The translations under genes were made by a program, and so were the position numbers. A model generated the notes under the pieces. It did not search any database and was not told the DNA's origin. It saw only the letters and a list, made by a program, of their open reading frames with translations. A DNA stretch of 63,652 nt, the filler included, from Deltaproteobacteria bacterium (GTDB lineage Bacteria > JAEEML01): NCBI GenBank assembly GCA_016283195.1. It is 6 parts of 6 records of this genome, joined end to end, with 100 filler letters (N's around TTAATTAATTAA, not from the genome) between each part and the next. Parts side by side here need not be neighbours in the genome. Positions count along the whole stretch, not along the records: positions 1 to 17,512 come from JAEEML010000017.1; positions 17,613 to 29,319 come from JAEEML010000099.1; 4 more parts are not named here. One strand, written 5' to 3'. The stretch's first letter is position 1, and each line of letters starts with the position of its first letter. This document shows positions 10,260 through 19,358 of this stretch, in pieces.

Positions 10260-11207
10260 TTAAATAAACAGGTTGGATATCGATTCGCCGGTGTGGATGC
10301 GCTCGATGGCTTTGGCCAGGAGCGGCGCCACCGAGACTATGCGCATTGAGGGGCATTTATCTATTTTTGAACCAATGGGAATAGTGTCAGTGGAGACAAA
10401 CTCTCTGATTGGTGATGTATATAGGCGGTGTGCCGCATCAGCGCTTAGAACAGGATGAGTGGCATAAGCATAGACCTCGGTAGCGCCGGCTTTTACCAGT
10501 GCTTCGGCCGCTTTGATAATGGTGCCGGCAGTATCGACCATATCGTCAACCAAAATGGCTTTTTTGCCTTTAACCTCGCCGATGACGTGCATCACTTCGC
10601 AGACATTGACTTCCGGCCGGCGCTTGTCGATGATGGCGAGAGAGCAGCTAAGGCGTTTGGAATAGGCCCGGGCCCGCTCCACGCCGCCAGCATCGGGTGA
10701 GACAATGACCAATTCTTCCGGATTATGGTGAGCGCGAATATCGGCCAGCATTACCGGCATGGCAAAGATGTGATCCACCGGGATATTAAAAAAGCCCTGT
10801 ATTTGGCCGGCGTGCAGATCCATGGAGATAACTCTGGTAGCGCCGGCGGTCATCAAAAGATCGGCCACCAATTTGGCGGTAATGGGCGAGCGCGAATAGA
10901 CTTTGCGATCTTGCCGGGCATAGCCAAAATAGGGAATCACCGCACAGATGGATTTGGCCGAAGCGCGCTTCATGGCATCGATCATGATGAGCAGTTCCAT
11001 TAAATTGTCATTAGCCGGCGCTGAGGTGGGCTCAACTATATAAATATCGGAATTGCGTACCATCTCGCCGATTTCCACGCGGATTTCCCCGTCGGCAAAT
11101 TGGGTGATGAGGCAATCGCCAAGCTCTATACCGAGCTCCCCGCAAATGGCTGCTGCTAATTTTTTATTGGAACTACCGGCAAAGACCTTAAGTTGGTCAC
11201 CAGGCAT
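10260..11207 (-). CDS. prs: Ribose-phosphate pyrophosphokinase
   Basis: FADGEIRVEI, PYFGYARQDRK, DLHAGQIQGFF, VSPDAGG, VDDMVDTAGT. Confidence 0.97.
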   Translation of the reverse strand: MPGDQLKVFAGSSNKKLAAAICGELGIELGDCLITQFADGEIRVEIGEMVRNSDIYIVEPTSAPANDNLMELLIMIDAMKRASAKSICAVIPYFGYARQDRKVYSRSPITAKLVADLLMTAGATRVISMDLHAGQIQGFFNIPVDHIFAMPVMLADIRAHHNPEELVIVSPDAGGVERARAYSKRLSCSLAIIDKRRPEVNVCEVMHVIGEVKGKKAILVDDMVDTAGTIIKAAEALVKAGATEVYAYATHPVLSADAAHRLYTSPIREFVSTDTIPIGSKIDKCPSMRIVSVAPLLAKAIERIHTGESISNLFI

Positions 11208-11232
11208 GGGGCCTCCTCAAAAAGAAGAGAAG

Positions 11233-11308
11233 TGGCAGGGGCGCTAGGATTCGAACCTAGAAATGCTGGTACCAAAAACCAGTGACTTAGCCATTTGTCT
11301 ACGCCCCT
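11233..11308 (-). tRNA. tRNA-Gln (anticodon TTG)
   Basis: Cloverleaf: acceptor AGGGGCG/CGCCCCT, anticodon stem CTGGT/ACCAG with loop TTTTGGT, T-loop TTCGAAT, encoded CCA; usual position upstream of prs. Confidence 0.96.
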
Positions 11309-11522
11309 TCAGGCGAAGTGCACTTTACATGGTTTTAAGCGGTTGTCAATAGTTTTTTTTATGGATCAAGTAAAAATGAGTAGCTTTTCTGCTCCTACAA
11401 ATTCTGTTACATTACTACGCTGGGCGGACGATACGATATGGGCAGTTTGTTCTGCAATCATTTTCCGTTTTGCCGAGCGCGCCAACAATCACGCTTGAAC
11501 GAAATGAAGGAGACGCAATATT

Positions 11523-11945
11523 ATGGAACCTACAATGGACGAAAAGCTTAAAGCTTGTATCGAATTATGCGAGGAGGGTGACCCGGAAATGTGCGCATTT
11601 CTCGGGAAAGAGTTTTATTACGGCTGGAACGTACCGCAGGATCTTGACCGCGCCCTGCGTTATCTGACGGTGGCCTCGGAGAACGGAGATGCTATTTCAC
11701 AATTTACCTTAGGCTTTATGTACTGGTCTGGCAGAGGAACCAAACCTAATCAGGATGAAGCGCTCAAATGGTTTTTGCAAGCGGCGGAGCAGGATGTTCC
11801 GGAGGCGATGTACAACGTTGCCAAGATCCTTCTTTCAAAAGATTTTGAAAAGAATAGAGACGAGGCCATGGGCTGGCTGCGGCGTTCGGCAAATGCCGGT
11901 TATGACACAGCTTATGATATGCTCTCCGACCTGAAAAAACTATGA
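11523..11945 (+). CDS. Sel1-repeat protein
   Basis: SQFTLGFMYWSGRGTKPNQDEALKWFLQAAEQ and flanking SLR-like repeats. Confidence 0.88.
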   Translation: MEPTMDEKLKACIELCEEGDPEMCAFLGKEFYYGWNVPQDLDRALRYLTVASENGDAISQFTLGFMYWSGRGTKPNQDEALKWFLQAAEQDVPEAMYNVAKILLSKDFEKNRDEAMGWLRRSANAGYDTAYDMLSDLKKL

Positions 11946-12203
11946 ATTAAAAATGTCAAATCTGAAAGATAACGGGAATACGGTCTTGCTGAGAATACTA
12001 TCAGCTGGCCCGGCAGATAAAGAATATAAGGATTGTTATTGGCCGGGGTTTTGGCTTGAAAAGTAACTGGTTTTGATTGATCGTTGCCTTAGCTGGGTGA
12101 ATTTGCTGAAAAAGTGTGTTAAAAAGCACGGGAGCAAAACGCTCCGGGTGTGGGAATGAACTAAATAAAGCAAAAAGCCTAGGGGCGCTAAACGGAGGAG
12201 AAA

Positions 12204-12521
12204 ATGAAAACTAAAAAACAGGGCAATAACTGGACAGCCTACTATGACCCCGATACAAAACGCTACTTTGCGGAGATCATCTACACCAGCCGTGAGGGGC
12301 GGGAGCAGTACAATTACGAGATTACGCAGGATATATACGGCCGTCTGGGCACCTTCAGTGATGACGTGGAAAACGAAAGGCTAATTAAGTCAGCCCAAAT
12401 GACGTATTCATTTGAAAATACGATGTATGGCACTCTCGGCCCGGAGAGAACGGTTTGGGATAAAGAAGCCAACGAAGCTATGGATAAGTGTGTAAAAAAG
12501 GCTGAGAAAAAAAGCCGCTAA
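12204..12521 (+). CDS. Hypothetical protein
   Basis: 105-aa ORF with GGAGG RBS. Confidence 0.65.
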   Translation: MKTKKQGNNWTAYYDPDTKRYFAEIIYTSREGREQYNYEITQDIYGRLGTFSDDVENERLIKSAQMTYSFENTMYGTLGPERTVWDKEANEAMDKCVKKAEKKSR

Positions 12522-12705
12522 ATGCCATAAATTCTCTATAAAATTTAGCTGCTTCTTTTCGACCTCACCTAACCCCTCTGAGGAATGTGTCTACCAAATG
12601 GGGTACAGTTCAATAATGGGGTTAGGGAAAAAAGCGCGAAGCGCTCTAGGCATATTGAGCCAAAAAAATTGGCGCTTAACCAGCGAAAATAGGAAAACAG
12701 CCGGC

Positions 12706-14025
12706 CTATTCCGCAAAGAGCAGCATGTAGAAAGGAATGGTGTATTTTATGCCCATAAGGCCGCTATTCCCGCTGATTACTTTGTAAGCCACAGTCGGCT
12801 TATATGTTTCTATAAAATTGTTGAGCGAAATGGCTTGCCCGTTTTTGGCTTTAACTTCCAATGGGATGACTTCGGCACCGCCGGAACGCTCGAAGATAAA
12901 TTCTATTTCCTGAGTATTATTGGCATTTTTAAAATAATGCAGCGAGTCAAAGCGCCCCATGAGGCAGGCAAATGCCGCATTTTCAAAAATCCCCCCCTTG
13001 GCGGTGGTTTTTAGCTCATCGGACATAATAGCGGCTTGGGTATTAAAACCGAACATAGCGGTTAAAAGCCCGATATCGGTAAGATACAGCTTAAATTCAT
13101 TGGCTTTTTCGTAGCCTTTAAGGGGAAAGAGGGGAGTAGAGACATTGCGGCATTTTTTTACCAGCCCGGCATCCAAAAGCCAATCGACGGCGCTTTCGTA
13201 TTTTTTGGCGGTGCCTTTGTGCTCTACTATGCTGTATTGAAATTTGGTGTATTCCTTGGAAAACTGGGCCGGAATGGAGTTATAGCAAGCGGTTATTTTT
13301 TGCTTCATGCTGCTTTGGGCGTAGTGCATAATGTCGTCGTGGTAATTTTTTAGAATCTCGCTTTGCTTTTTATGTGCTTCCTGAAAATTATTGCTGGCGA
13401 TAAAAGTATTTACCACCTCCGGCATGCCGCCGATGCAGATATATTCCTTAAAATAATTGAGATAAAGCGCATTAATATCATCCGGCACTTTCTTATGGCT
13501 TAAAAAATAATCTTTGAGGGCTGTTATAGCTTCTGCCGTCACTCCGCGCGCCCAGAGATATTCCTCAAAATCAAGCGAAAACATCTCTATATCTTTTTCA
13601 TAGCCCACCGGGACGGAAAAAGATTCTTCGTCGCGTTCTTTGTATTTTATGCCCAGGAGCGAACCGGAGGCGATGATGCGATAGCGGCCGTCGATACTGA
13701 GAAATTTTAAAGCTGTCCGCGCTTTGGGGCAGGCCTGGATTTCGTCGAAAAATATCAAAGTGTCGTTTAAAATAAAGCGAGCACCCGGCACGCGCAGAGA
13801 GATTTGTTTATAAATATCTTCCGGTTCAAGACTTGTGGCAAAAATCTCCTTCAATTTTTCATTTTTTAAAAAATTCAAATAAATATAGCTTTTAAATTCA
13901 CGGCGGCCAAACAGATCGATAATAAACGTCTTGCCGACCTGCCGAGCACCTTTAAGCAGAAGACTCTTATTTTCCCGCGATGTTTTCCAAGCTAAAAGTT
14001 CGTCGTATATCTTTCTTTTGAGCAT
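12706..14025 (-). CDS. AAA_14 / DUF4143 family ATP-binding protein
   Basis: GARQVGKT Walker A, FFDEIQ Walker B, SGSLLG, GGMPE, KLYLTDIGLL, EIEF..PLEVK. Confidence 0.9.
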   Translation of the reverse strand: MLKRKIYDELLAWKTSRENKSLLLKGARQVGKTFIIDLFGRREFKSYIYLNFLKNEKLKEIFATSLEPEDIYKQISLRVPGARFILNDTLIFFDEIQACPKARTALKFLSIDGRYRIIASGSLLGIKYKERDEESFSVPVGYEKDIEMFSLDFEEYLWARGVTAEAITALKDYFLSHKKVPDDINALYLNYFKEYICIGGMPEVVNTFIASNNFQEAHKKQSEILKNYHDDIMHYAQSSMKQKITACYNSIPAQFSKEYTKFQYSIVEHKGTAKKYESAVDWLLDAGLVKKCRNVSTPLFPLKGYEKANEFKLYLTDIGLLTAMFGFNTQAAIMSDELKTTAKGGIFENAAFACLMGRFDSLHYFKNANNTQEIEFIFERSGGAEVIPLEVKAKNGQAISLNNFIETYKPTVAYKVISGNSGLMGIKYTIPFYMLLFAE

Positions 14026-14097
14026 CAAAAAGTCCTTTCACAAAAGACCAAAACATCATTAGCACAGATTCATTATATAAATCAAGATGTTTTTGTG

Positions 14098-14188
14098 AAA
14101 AATGCCGCTTTTTTGACATATCTTTATACAAAAAATGCCGCTTTTTCGACATATCTTTATACAAAAAGTGCCGCTTTTTTGACATATC
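14098..14188. repeat. 33-bp tandem repeat, about 2.8 copies
   Basis: aaaaatgccgctttttt/cgacatatctttataca recurring with exact 33-bp period at 14098, 14131, 14164. Confidence 0.9.
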
Positions 14189-14327
14189 GGCCCAAGAAAC
14201 CCCACAAAAAATGCCGGGCTCTACTGCATATTCTCACTTGGCTTTTTAGCTTTGGCTATATAAAAATCAGCACAGGCCTCTGGCTTAATGATTAACCAGT
14301 TTTGCTTGAGAGGCGCAAGAAGAAGCC

Positions 14328-15764
14328 ATGTTTAAGTGCGACTATAAAAGTCTAAAGCTGTGTTTTTATGAATTTCACGATGTTAAAGCGGGCGATATGC
14401 CTGATTATGGGGATTACTGCCTTCTCGAATTAAAAGATGGCCGCCACACTGCCGGGCAATGGTATCCAAAGGATTATAATGACCATAGTAGCATTGCCGG
14501 GAGCTTTGGCCGTGGAACGGCGGATAGTGTTGAGGTAGATGAAGTAGCGAAATGGCACAGCCTAGAAGGCTATGACCTCACGCCTTTATTGGAAGATAAA
14601 GAGCTAAAGCGCATAAATTTAAAGGATGAAAATAGTGGCGACTACTATTTTGAGATTACGGGGTTTAAGGTATTTAAAGACGGCGATTTTCCCAAAAAAG
14701 AGCAATTTTGTCTTCTCATCTTAAAAGATGGGCGATTAGCGGCCGGAAGATGGAATAAGCTGAGCGAGAAAAACGGGCAGTTTATCTATGCCTCGGCTCT
14801 TGCCAGCCACAGCATGAAGAAAGTGTGGGCCTGGACGCCTTTAAGCGCCGACGAGATCTTTGAGCGCGAAGAGGCAGCGGAAAGAGCGAGATTAAAAGAG
14901 GAGGAGCTGAACAGGAATCCTTCGGCTGATCCCAATAAATTCAAATATGGCACAGATATAAACGTTTACTACGAAAAAGCGCTGGAAAAGCTGCGCCGGG
15001 AATATCCTTGGGCCACACTTAGGCAGATGAAAAAGAGACAGCCGAACTACGTTATTGTTCCGCGTCACGGGCAGTATATTTTCGGCCAGGACCGTGGGAC
15101 GTTTATGGGCCGGCAGATAGTTTGGGAATGGAAAGATGGCAATACCGCTGAAGAGTTTATTGATTTCCTCTGTGATTATGCGCGAGAAACTGTGCAGAAT
15201 TCCAATCCAGAAACTAAATTTAAATATGGTACGGACATTGAGGTATATCTGGAAAAGGCCTATGAAAAGGTTAAAAAGGAGTGTTCTTGGATTAATAAAA
15301 ACATGCTCCGAAAACACTGTAAATTTGCGATAATACAAGTGGACGGCGAATGGAAATTTGCCAGAAGATTCAGAAACGATAACGAATTTCATGTGTTTGA
15401 TTGCAGCCCGGCGGATAGATTTATAGAATATGTGGAGAATGAATATCAGGAAGCAGCACTCCAGGCAAATCCGGTGGCGGCTAAGTATGATGTGCCGTTT
15501 GGTCATGTTGATCTTCATGGGTGGAATCTGGAAAAATATGTTATTTATAAGCTTAAAACCGGTGACTACAAGGTAAGTGTAACGGCCGGAGACCGGATGA
15601 CCGGCGGCAGCAGAGAATTCTTTATTACGCCTTACTGCTTTGAAGCTAAAACTTATGAGGAATTTTTAGACCGCTATCTGGAGATAGTTCCGGGAGCTTT
15701 TGGCTTAGATAAAGAAGATCTTCTGCCCAATGAGAAATTGAAAAAATTTCTTGGTTACAAGTAA
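14328..15764 (+). CDS. Hypothetical protein with two pairs of internal repeats
   Basis: 478 aa; CLL.LKDGR..AG.W twice and KFKYGTDI.VY.EKA.EK twice. Confidence 0.8.
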   Translation: MFKCDYKSLKLCFYEFHDVKAGDMPDYGDYCLLELKDGRHTAGQWYPKDYNDHSSIAGSFGRGTADSVEVDEVAKWHSLEGYDLTPLLEDKELKRINLKDENSGDYYFEITGFKVFKDGDFPKKEQFCLLILKDGRLAAGRWNKLSEKNGQFIYASALASHSMKKVWAWTPLSADEIFEREEAAERARLKEEELNRNPSADPNKFKYGTDINVYYEKALEKLRREYPWATLRQMKKRQPNYVIVPRHGQYIFGQDRGTFMGRQIVWEWKDGNTAEEFIDFLCDYARETVQNSNPETKFKYGTDIEVYLEKAYEKVKKECSWINKNMLRKHCKFAIIQVDGEWKFARRFRNDNEFHVFDCSPADRFIEYVENEYQEAALQANPVAAKYDVPFGHVDLHGWNLEKYVIYKLKTGDYKVSVTAGDRMTGGSREFFITPYCFEAKTYEEFLDRYLEIVPGAFGLDKEDLLPNEKLKKFLGYK

Positions 15765-15928
15765 ACCTACCGGACACCACTGCACAAAAATGCCGTTTGC
15801 GGCAGTTTTGTGCAATTTTTTGCCGCCGGCGCCTATAGCGCTGGCCTTTGCTATGTGAGCGGCGGAAATGCTAAAAATTTAAAGTGGTTGTAATTATTTA
15901 TAAGTACGCATTGAAGTATATTAGATGG

Positions 15929-16669
15929 CTACTTTTTTAATCTTTTGGCTTTTTCTCTTAAATGGTTGCCATAGTGGGTTAGTAATTCCGGCAGGCTGTT
16001 ATCGGAAGCATAGGCAAATATAAAATGGATTTTTTGCTGCCGCTCTTCGTGCAACTGGCGAATATAGGCTTTGAAGTGTTCTGATTTTACCACCAGGTTG
16101 TTTTCGGCAGCAAACTTCTTGAGCTTTAAGATGAGGTTGGAGGAATAGACCACGTCAACAGTAAAAAAGCCAAAAAACATGCCGATAAAAAAGGAAAAAG
16201 CCAAATTGGCCGAGAGCCAAGCGAGCGCCTCCAAAATATGCGGGTGGATTAAAAAGTAATATCCGGCGCCCAAAAATGCCCAAAAGAGGGAAAACTTGGG
16301 GCAAATGATGCCATTTATGTTGCCCCACTCAGTGCTATAATCCCAAAGGCGCACTTTAAAGCATTTTATGGTAAAGAGCCCGGCTATGTATTCAATAGCT
16401 GTCATGAGAAGCGCCATGAGAGCAAAAAGAGCCAGCTTGTTCCAAAGTGGATCATGAATAAAACCATGCGCTTCCAGTGAAGCTACCAAGTACAAAAGGC
16501 AAAGCCCTTCGCCATAAAGGGGAATATAGGGCCCCACGCAAAAGCCCGGGTTGATCCAGCGGCGGCTGGGGTTGGCCGAAGAAAAAAAGCGCCGGTAAAA
16601 GAGCTCCAGCACATAACCGCAAAGTGAGCCGATGAAGAACAAAAAAGCCAAAATGAGAAAGATGTTCAC
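15929..16669 (-). CDS. Putative ABC transporter permease (CmpB/DUF1113 family)
   Basis: GYVLE..Y, NPGFCVGPYIPLYG, IEYIAG, RLWDYS..GNINGIICPKFS; GTG start after GGAG. Confidence 0.85.
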   Translation of the reverse strand: MNIFLILAFLFFIGSLCGYVLELFYRRFFSSANPSRRWINPGFCVGPYIPLYGEGLCLLYLVASLEAHGFIHDPLWNKLALFALMALLMTAIEYIAGLFTIKCFKVRLWDYSTEWGNINGIICPKFSLFWAFLGAGYYFLIHPHILEALAWLSANLAFSFFIGMFFGFFTVDVVYSSNLILKLKKFAAENNLVVKSEHFKAYIRQLHEERQQKIHFIFAYASDNSLPELLTHYGNHLREKAKRLKK

Positions 16670-16818
16670 AATGTAACTCCGCCAAAGAGCCAAAAGTGTT
16701 TTATGAAAACAGGGGAATTTTGTAAAGGCCGAGGTCGGCGGCTAGAGGCGCTTATTTCCTCACTAAGACAACTAGTGGAATTTATTGGCATCTTGTCCTC
16801 TCAATTTGTAAAAAATGG

Positions 16819-16884
16819 CCCTCACCCCACAAGCAGCGAAAATTATTACATTTCGCCCTCTTTATTTTTACAAATAAAGAGGGC
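16819..16884. repeat. Palindromic REP-like dispersed repeat, copy A
   Basis: ccctcacccc...gccctctttattt-ttac-aaataaagagggc 13-bp stem; reverse complement aligns with 28773-28843. Confidence 0.7.
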
Positions 16885-16980
16885 CTAGCTATTTGAATTT
16901 ACATATATTTCATTGGCTAAATGATAGCACTAATATTTTCCTTTTAGCAGGATAATTATTTGAAATTATATGGTAATTTA

Positions 16981-17030
16981 CCCTCTCCGCCGTCTAGGGG
17001 AGAGGGTGGCGCGTGAGCGCCAGGTGAGGT
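16981..17030. repeat. GC-rich hairpin element downstream of FISUMP gene (REP-like or terminator)
   Basis: ccctctcc...ggagaggg followed by tggcgc-gtga-gcgcca stem. Confidence 0.5.
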
Positions 17031-17041
17031 GCTGCTCAGCT

Positions 17042-17512
17042 TTAGTTCTTTATGCAGCGCACCGAGAAGTGGCCCGTCTTAACGGCGAGTTCCGTATCCA
17101 CACCGCTATCAATTGTCAGGTAGAAGGCGCGGTTGTTATAGCCCTCGCCCTCGCCCTCCGTGGACGACCAGAAGATGGCGAACTCCCCGAAACCGCAGTA
17201 ATTGCCGTTGTAGTAGTCTCCAGCAGGGAGTGCGGAAAAGCCATATTTATCGGCACCGTTCGCCCAAGTAGTGGCCCGCAAGTTCTCAGCTATTGTGGAA
17301 TAATCGTCTTCCCCCATATAAGTAAGAAAAAGTTCATCCAGCGTTGGTAAATGCCAACCAGATGGACACACTTTCATGGCATCTTCCCAGGTATAAAGGC
17401 AGCCGTATTTTTCTACAAAATCAGTATCGCCATCTTCCGGGTCAGTATTGGCATCACAGGTAACCGGTGTGCCGTCTGTCGCCTGGTCGGTGGCCATATT
17501 CTCCGCCATCCA
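17042..17512 (-). CDS. FISUMP (Fib_succ_major) domain protein, 5'-truncated by contig end
   Basis: MAENM, YGCLYTWEDA..VCPSGWHLPT, GFSALPAG, FWSST, SVRCIK. Confidence 0.88.
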   Translation of the reverse strand, partial: WMAENMATDQATDGTPVTCDANTDPEDGDTDFVEKYGCLYTWEDAMKVCPSGWHLPTLDELFLTYMGEDDYSTIAENLRATTWANGADKYGFSALPAGDYYNGNYCGFGEFAIFWSSTEGEGEGYNNRAFYLTIDSGVDTELAVKTGHFSVRCIKN

Positions 17513-17612
17513 NNNNNNNNNNNNNNNNNNNNNNNNNNNNNNNNNNNNNNNNNNNNTTAATTAATTAANNNNNNNNNNNNNNNNNNNNNNNNNNNNNNNN
17601 NNNNNNNNNNNN
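17513..17612. other. Assembly contig linker (N-run + TTAATTAATTAA)
   Basis: N-run with six-frame stop linker. Confidence 0.98.
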
Positions 17613-17614
17613 AA

Positions 17615-18532
17615 TTAAAGGCTCTGGCCGAATATGTGCTGGAGGCGGTGGAAGAAGCGCAGGAGCAAGTATTAAGTACCGGCAACGGTGAGCAAACGGC
17701 ATCTTTGGAGAAATTGCGCCTTTCCATGGAAAAGATAGCAAAACAAATGGATGGCGATCCTGGCGTTGGGCAACTGGCTTCAAGGCGCTTTATTAACAGT
17801 TTGCAAAAGGCCGCCTTTAACATCTTTGGTGTGGTTAATGGCTGGCAACATGTGGACAATATTGAGCCGGCCAATTTGCCGCCCAGTTTGCGCGACCGCT
17901 TTGTGGCCAGTAACGGCAAATATGTTACATATTTTTACCCGGCCGGTTCTTCTTATGATGCCGAATTTCTTGAAAAGCTTATAAAAGAGGTTAATGCCGT
18001 GGTGCCGGAAGCTACCGGTTTCCCGGCTACGCATCAGGTCTTCTCTAATATGGTGGCCAGTAGTTTTCGCATAAGCTCGCTGGCTGCTATTTTAGTAGCT
18101 ATTTTGTGGATGATCTTCCTCTTCCGCAATGCCAAGCTCACTATTTTGGGTGCTCTGCCGCTTCTTATAGGCGGCACTTGGATGATTGGCCTAGAGTATC
18201 TTTTGGGCATGAGTTACAATTATACCAATATTATTGCTCTCCCCCTTATTATTGGTCTCGCCATTGATTATGGCGTCTGGTTTGCCCATTCATACAGTGC
18301 CGCCGGCGGTAAGAGTGGGGCTTGGCAAGTTATTCGCCAATGCGGTCTTTCTATCATTTTGGCAGCCGGTACAACGCTTATTGGACTTGGCGCTATTTCT
18401 TTAGCCGAATATCAAGGTATTGCCTCTATGGGCTATGCTTTGATAATAGGATTATGTTGTTGTTGCCTCGCTGCCTTGGCGGTGGCGCCGGCTTTTGCCA
18501 AGATAACGGAGAAAAAAGATGCGGATAAATAA
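17615..18532 (+). CDS. MMPL/RND lipid transporter (HpnN/BstA-like), C-terminal part
   Basis: LPPSLRDRFV, ATGFP, NIIALPLIIGLAIDYGV, TTLIGLG...GIASMG. Confidence 0.85.
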   Translation, partial: LKALAEYVLEAVEEAQEQVLSTGNGEQTASLEKLRLSMEKIAKQMDGDPGVGQLASRRFINSLQKAAFNIFGVVNGWQHVDNIEPANLPPSLRDRFVASNGKYVTYFYPAGSSYDAEFLEKLIKEVNAVVPEATGFPATHQVFSNMVASSFRISSLAAILVAILWMIFLFRNAKLTILGALPLLIGGTWMIGLEYLLGMSYNYTNIIALPLIIGLAIDYGVWFAHSYSAAGGKSGAWQVIRQCGLSIILAAGTTLIGLGAISLAEYQGIASMGYALIIGLCCCCLAALAVAPAFAKITEKKDADK

Positions 18533-19358
18533 AAAAATAGCTCTTCTCGCTTTATCATTAATGTCTCCCTCTCTTGCTTTTGCTGCCGAACCGGCGCCGG
18601 TTTTGGTGTGTTATACCGCCGGCCCCATTGATACCAATGCTGCTCAAGAAGCTATGGGCTCTATTATGAAAGTGGTGCAGCGCTTGGGAAAATTGCCGGA
18701 AAATAGTTTCAGCACTACCTTTGTAGCGAGTATGGAGGAGTGTTATAAAGAGCTGGCCGAGAAAAAGGCCCAATATATTTTTCCCTCCAGTGAGCTATAT
18801 TTGAGTAAGCAAGCAGAATATGGCCTGGAGCCTCTGGTTAAGCCATTTGTCAGCGCTGTACCTTTTGATAATTATTACATGATTATTAAAAAAGACACTT
18901 TTAAAAATTTGGAAGAATTAAAGGGCAAAAAAGTTGGTGGGGCAGTTTTGGAGGAGCCGACCTTTTTAAAAAAGGTGGTTTTTCAAAATAAATTAGACCC
19001 GGTTACTTATTTTTCATTGGTAAAAACTCCGCGGCCGGTAAAAGCTCTGCGCGACCTCACCAAAGGCAAACTTGATGCTGTTATGGTAAATGCTCAACAA
19101 TATAATGCCATGAAATCATTGCCATTTTTTGAGGAACTATCAGTTGTCTATACTTCTCCGAATATCATGCAATTGGGGCTTGTGGCCTCAAAATATGCCC
19201 AAGCTGATGTTAAAGAAAAAGTAAAGACCGCGTTAGAAAAATTATGTAGTGATGATGAAGGCAAAGGCCTCTGTCAGACCTTTGGTGTTGAGCAGTTTGT
19301 GAAAACGAAACGAGCGGAATATGCCGATTTGGAGCGTGTTTATGCTGCTGCCAAATAA
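18519..19358 (+). CDS. PhnD-like periplasmic substrate-binding protein (BstB-like)
   Basis: Signal peptide AFA-A; LEELKGKKV, ALRDLTKGKLDAVMV; overlaps MMPL stop. Confidence 0.75.
   Translation: MRINKKIALLALSLMSPSLAFAAEPAPVLVCYTAGPIDTNAAQEAMGSIMKVVQRLGKLPENSFSTTFVASMEECYKELAEKKAQYIFPSSELYLSKQAEYGLEPLVKPFVSAVPFDNYYMIIKKDTFKNLEELKGKKVGGAVLEEPTFLKKVVFQNKLDPVTYFSLVKTPRPVKALRDLTKGKLDAVMVNAQQYNAMKSLPFFEELSVVYTSPNIMQLGLVASKYAQADVKEKVKTALEKLCSDDEGKGLCQTFGVEQFVKTKRAEYADLERVYAAAK

Noticed and set aside
14098-14188. Possible CRISPR array
   Set aside because: Units are contiguous with no unique spacers, and no cas genes are present
17513-17612. TTAATTAATTAA palindrome within N-runs, five occurrences
   Set aside because: Artificial contig linker with stops in all frames; not biological
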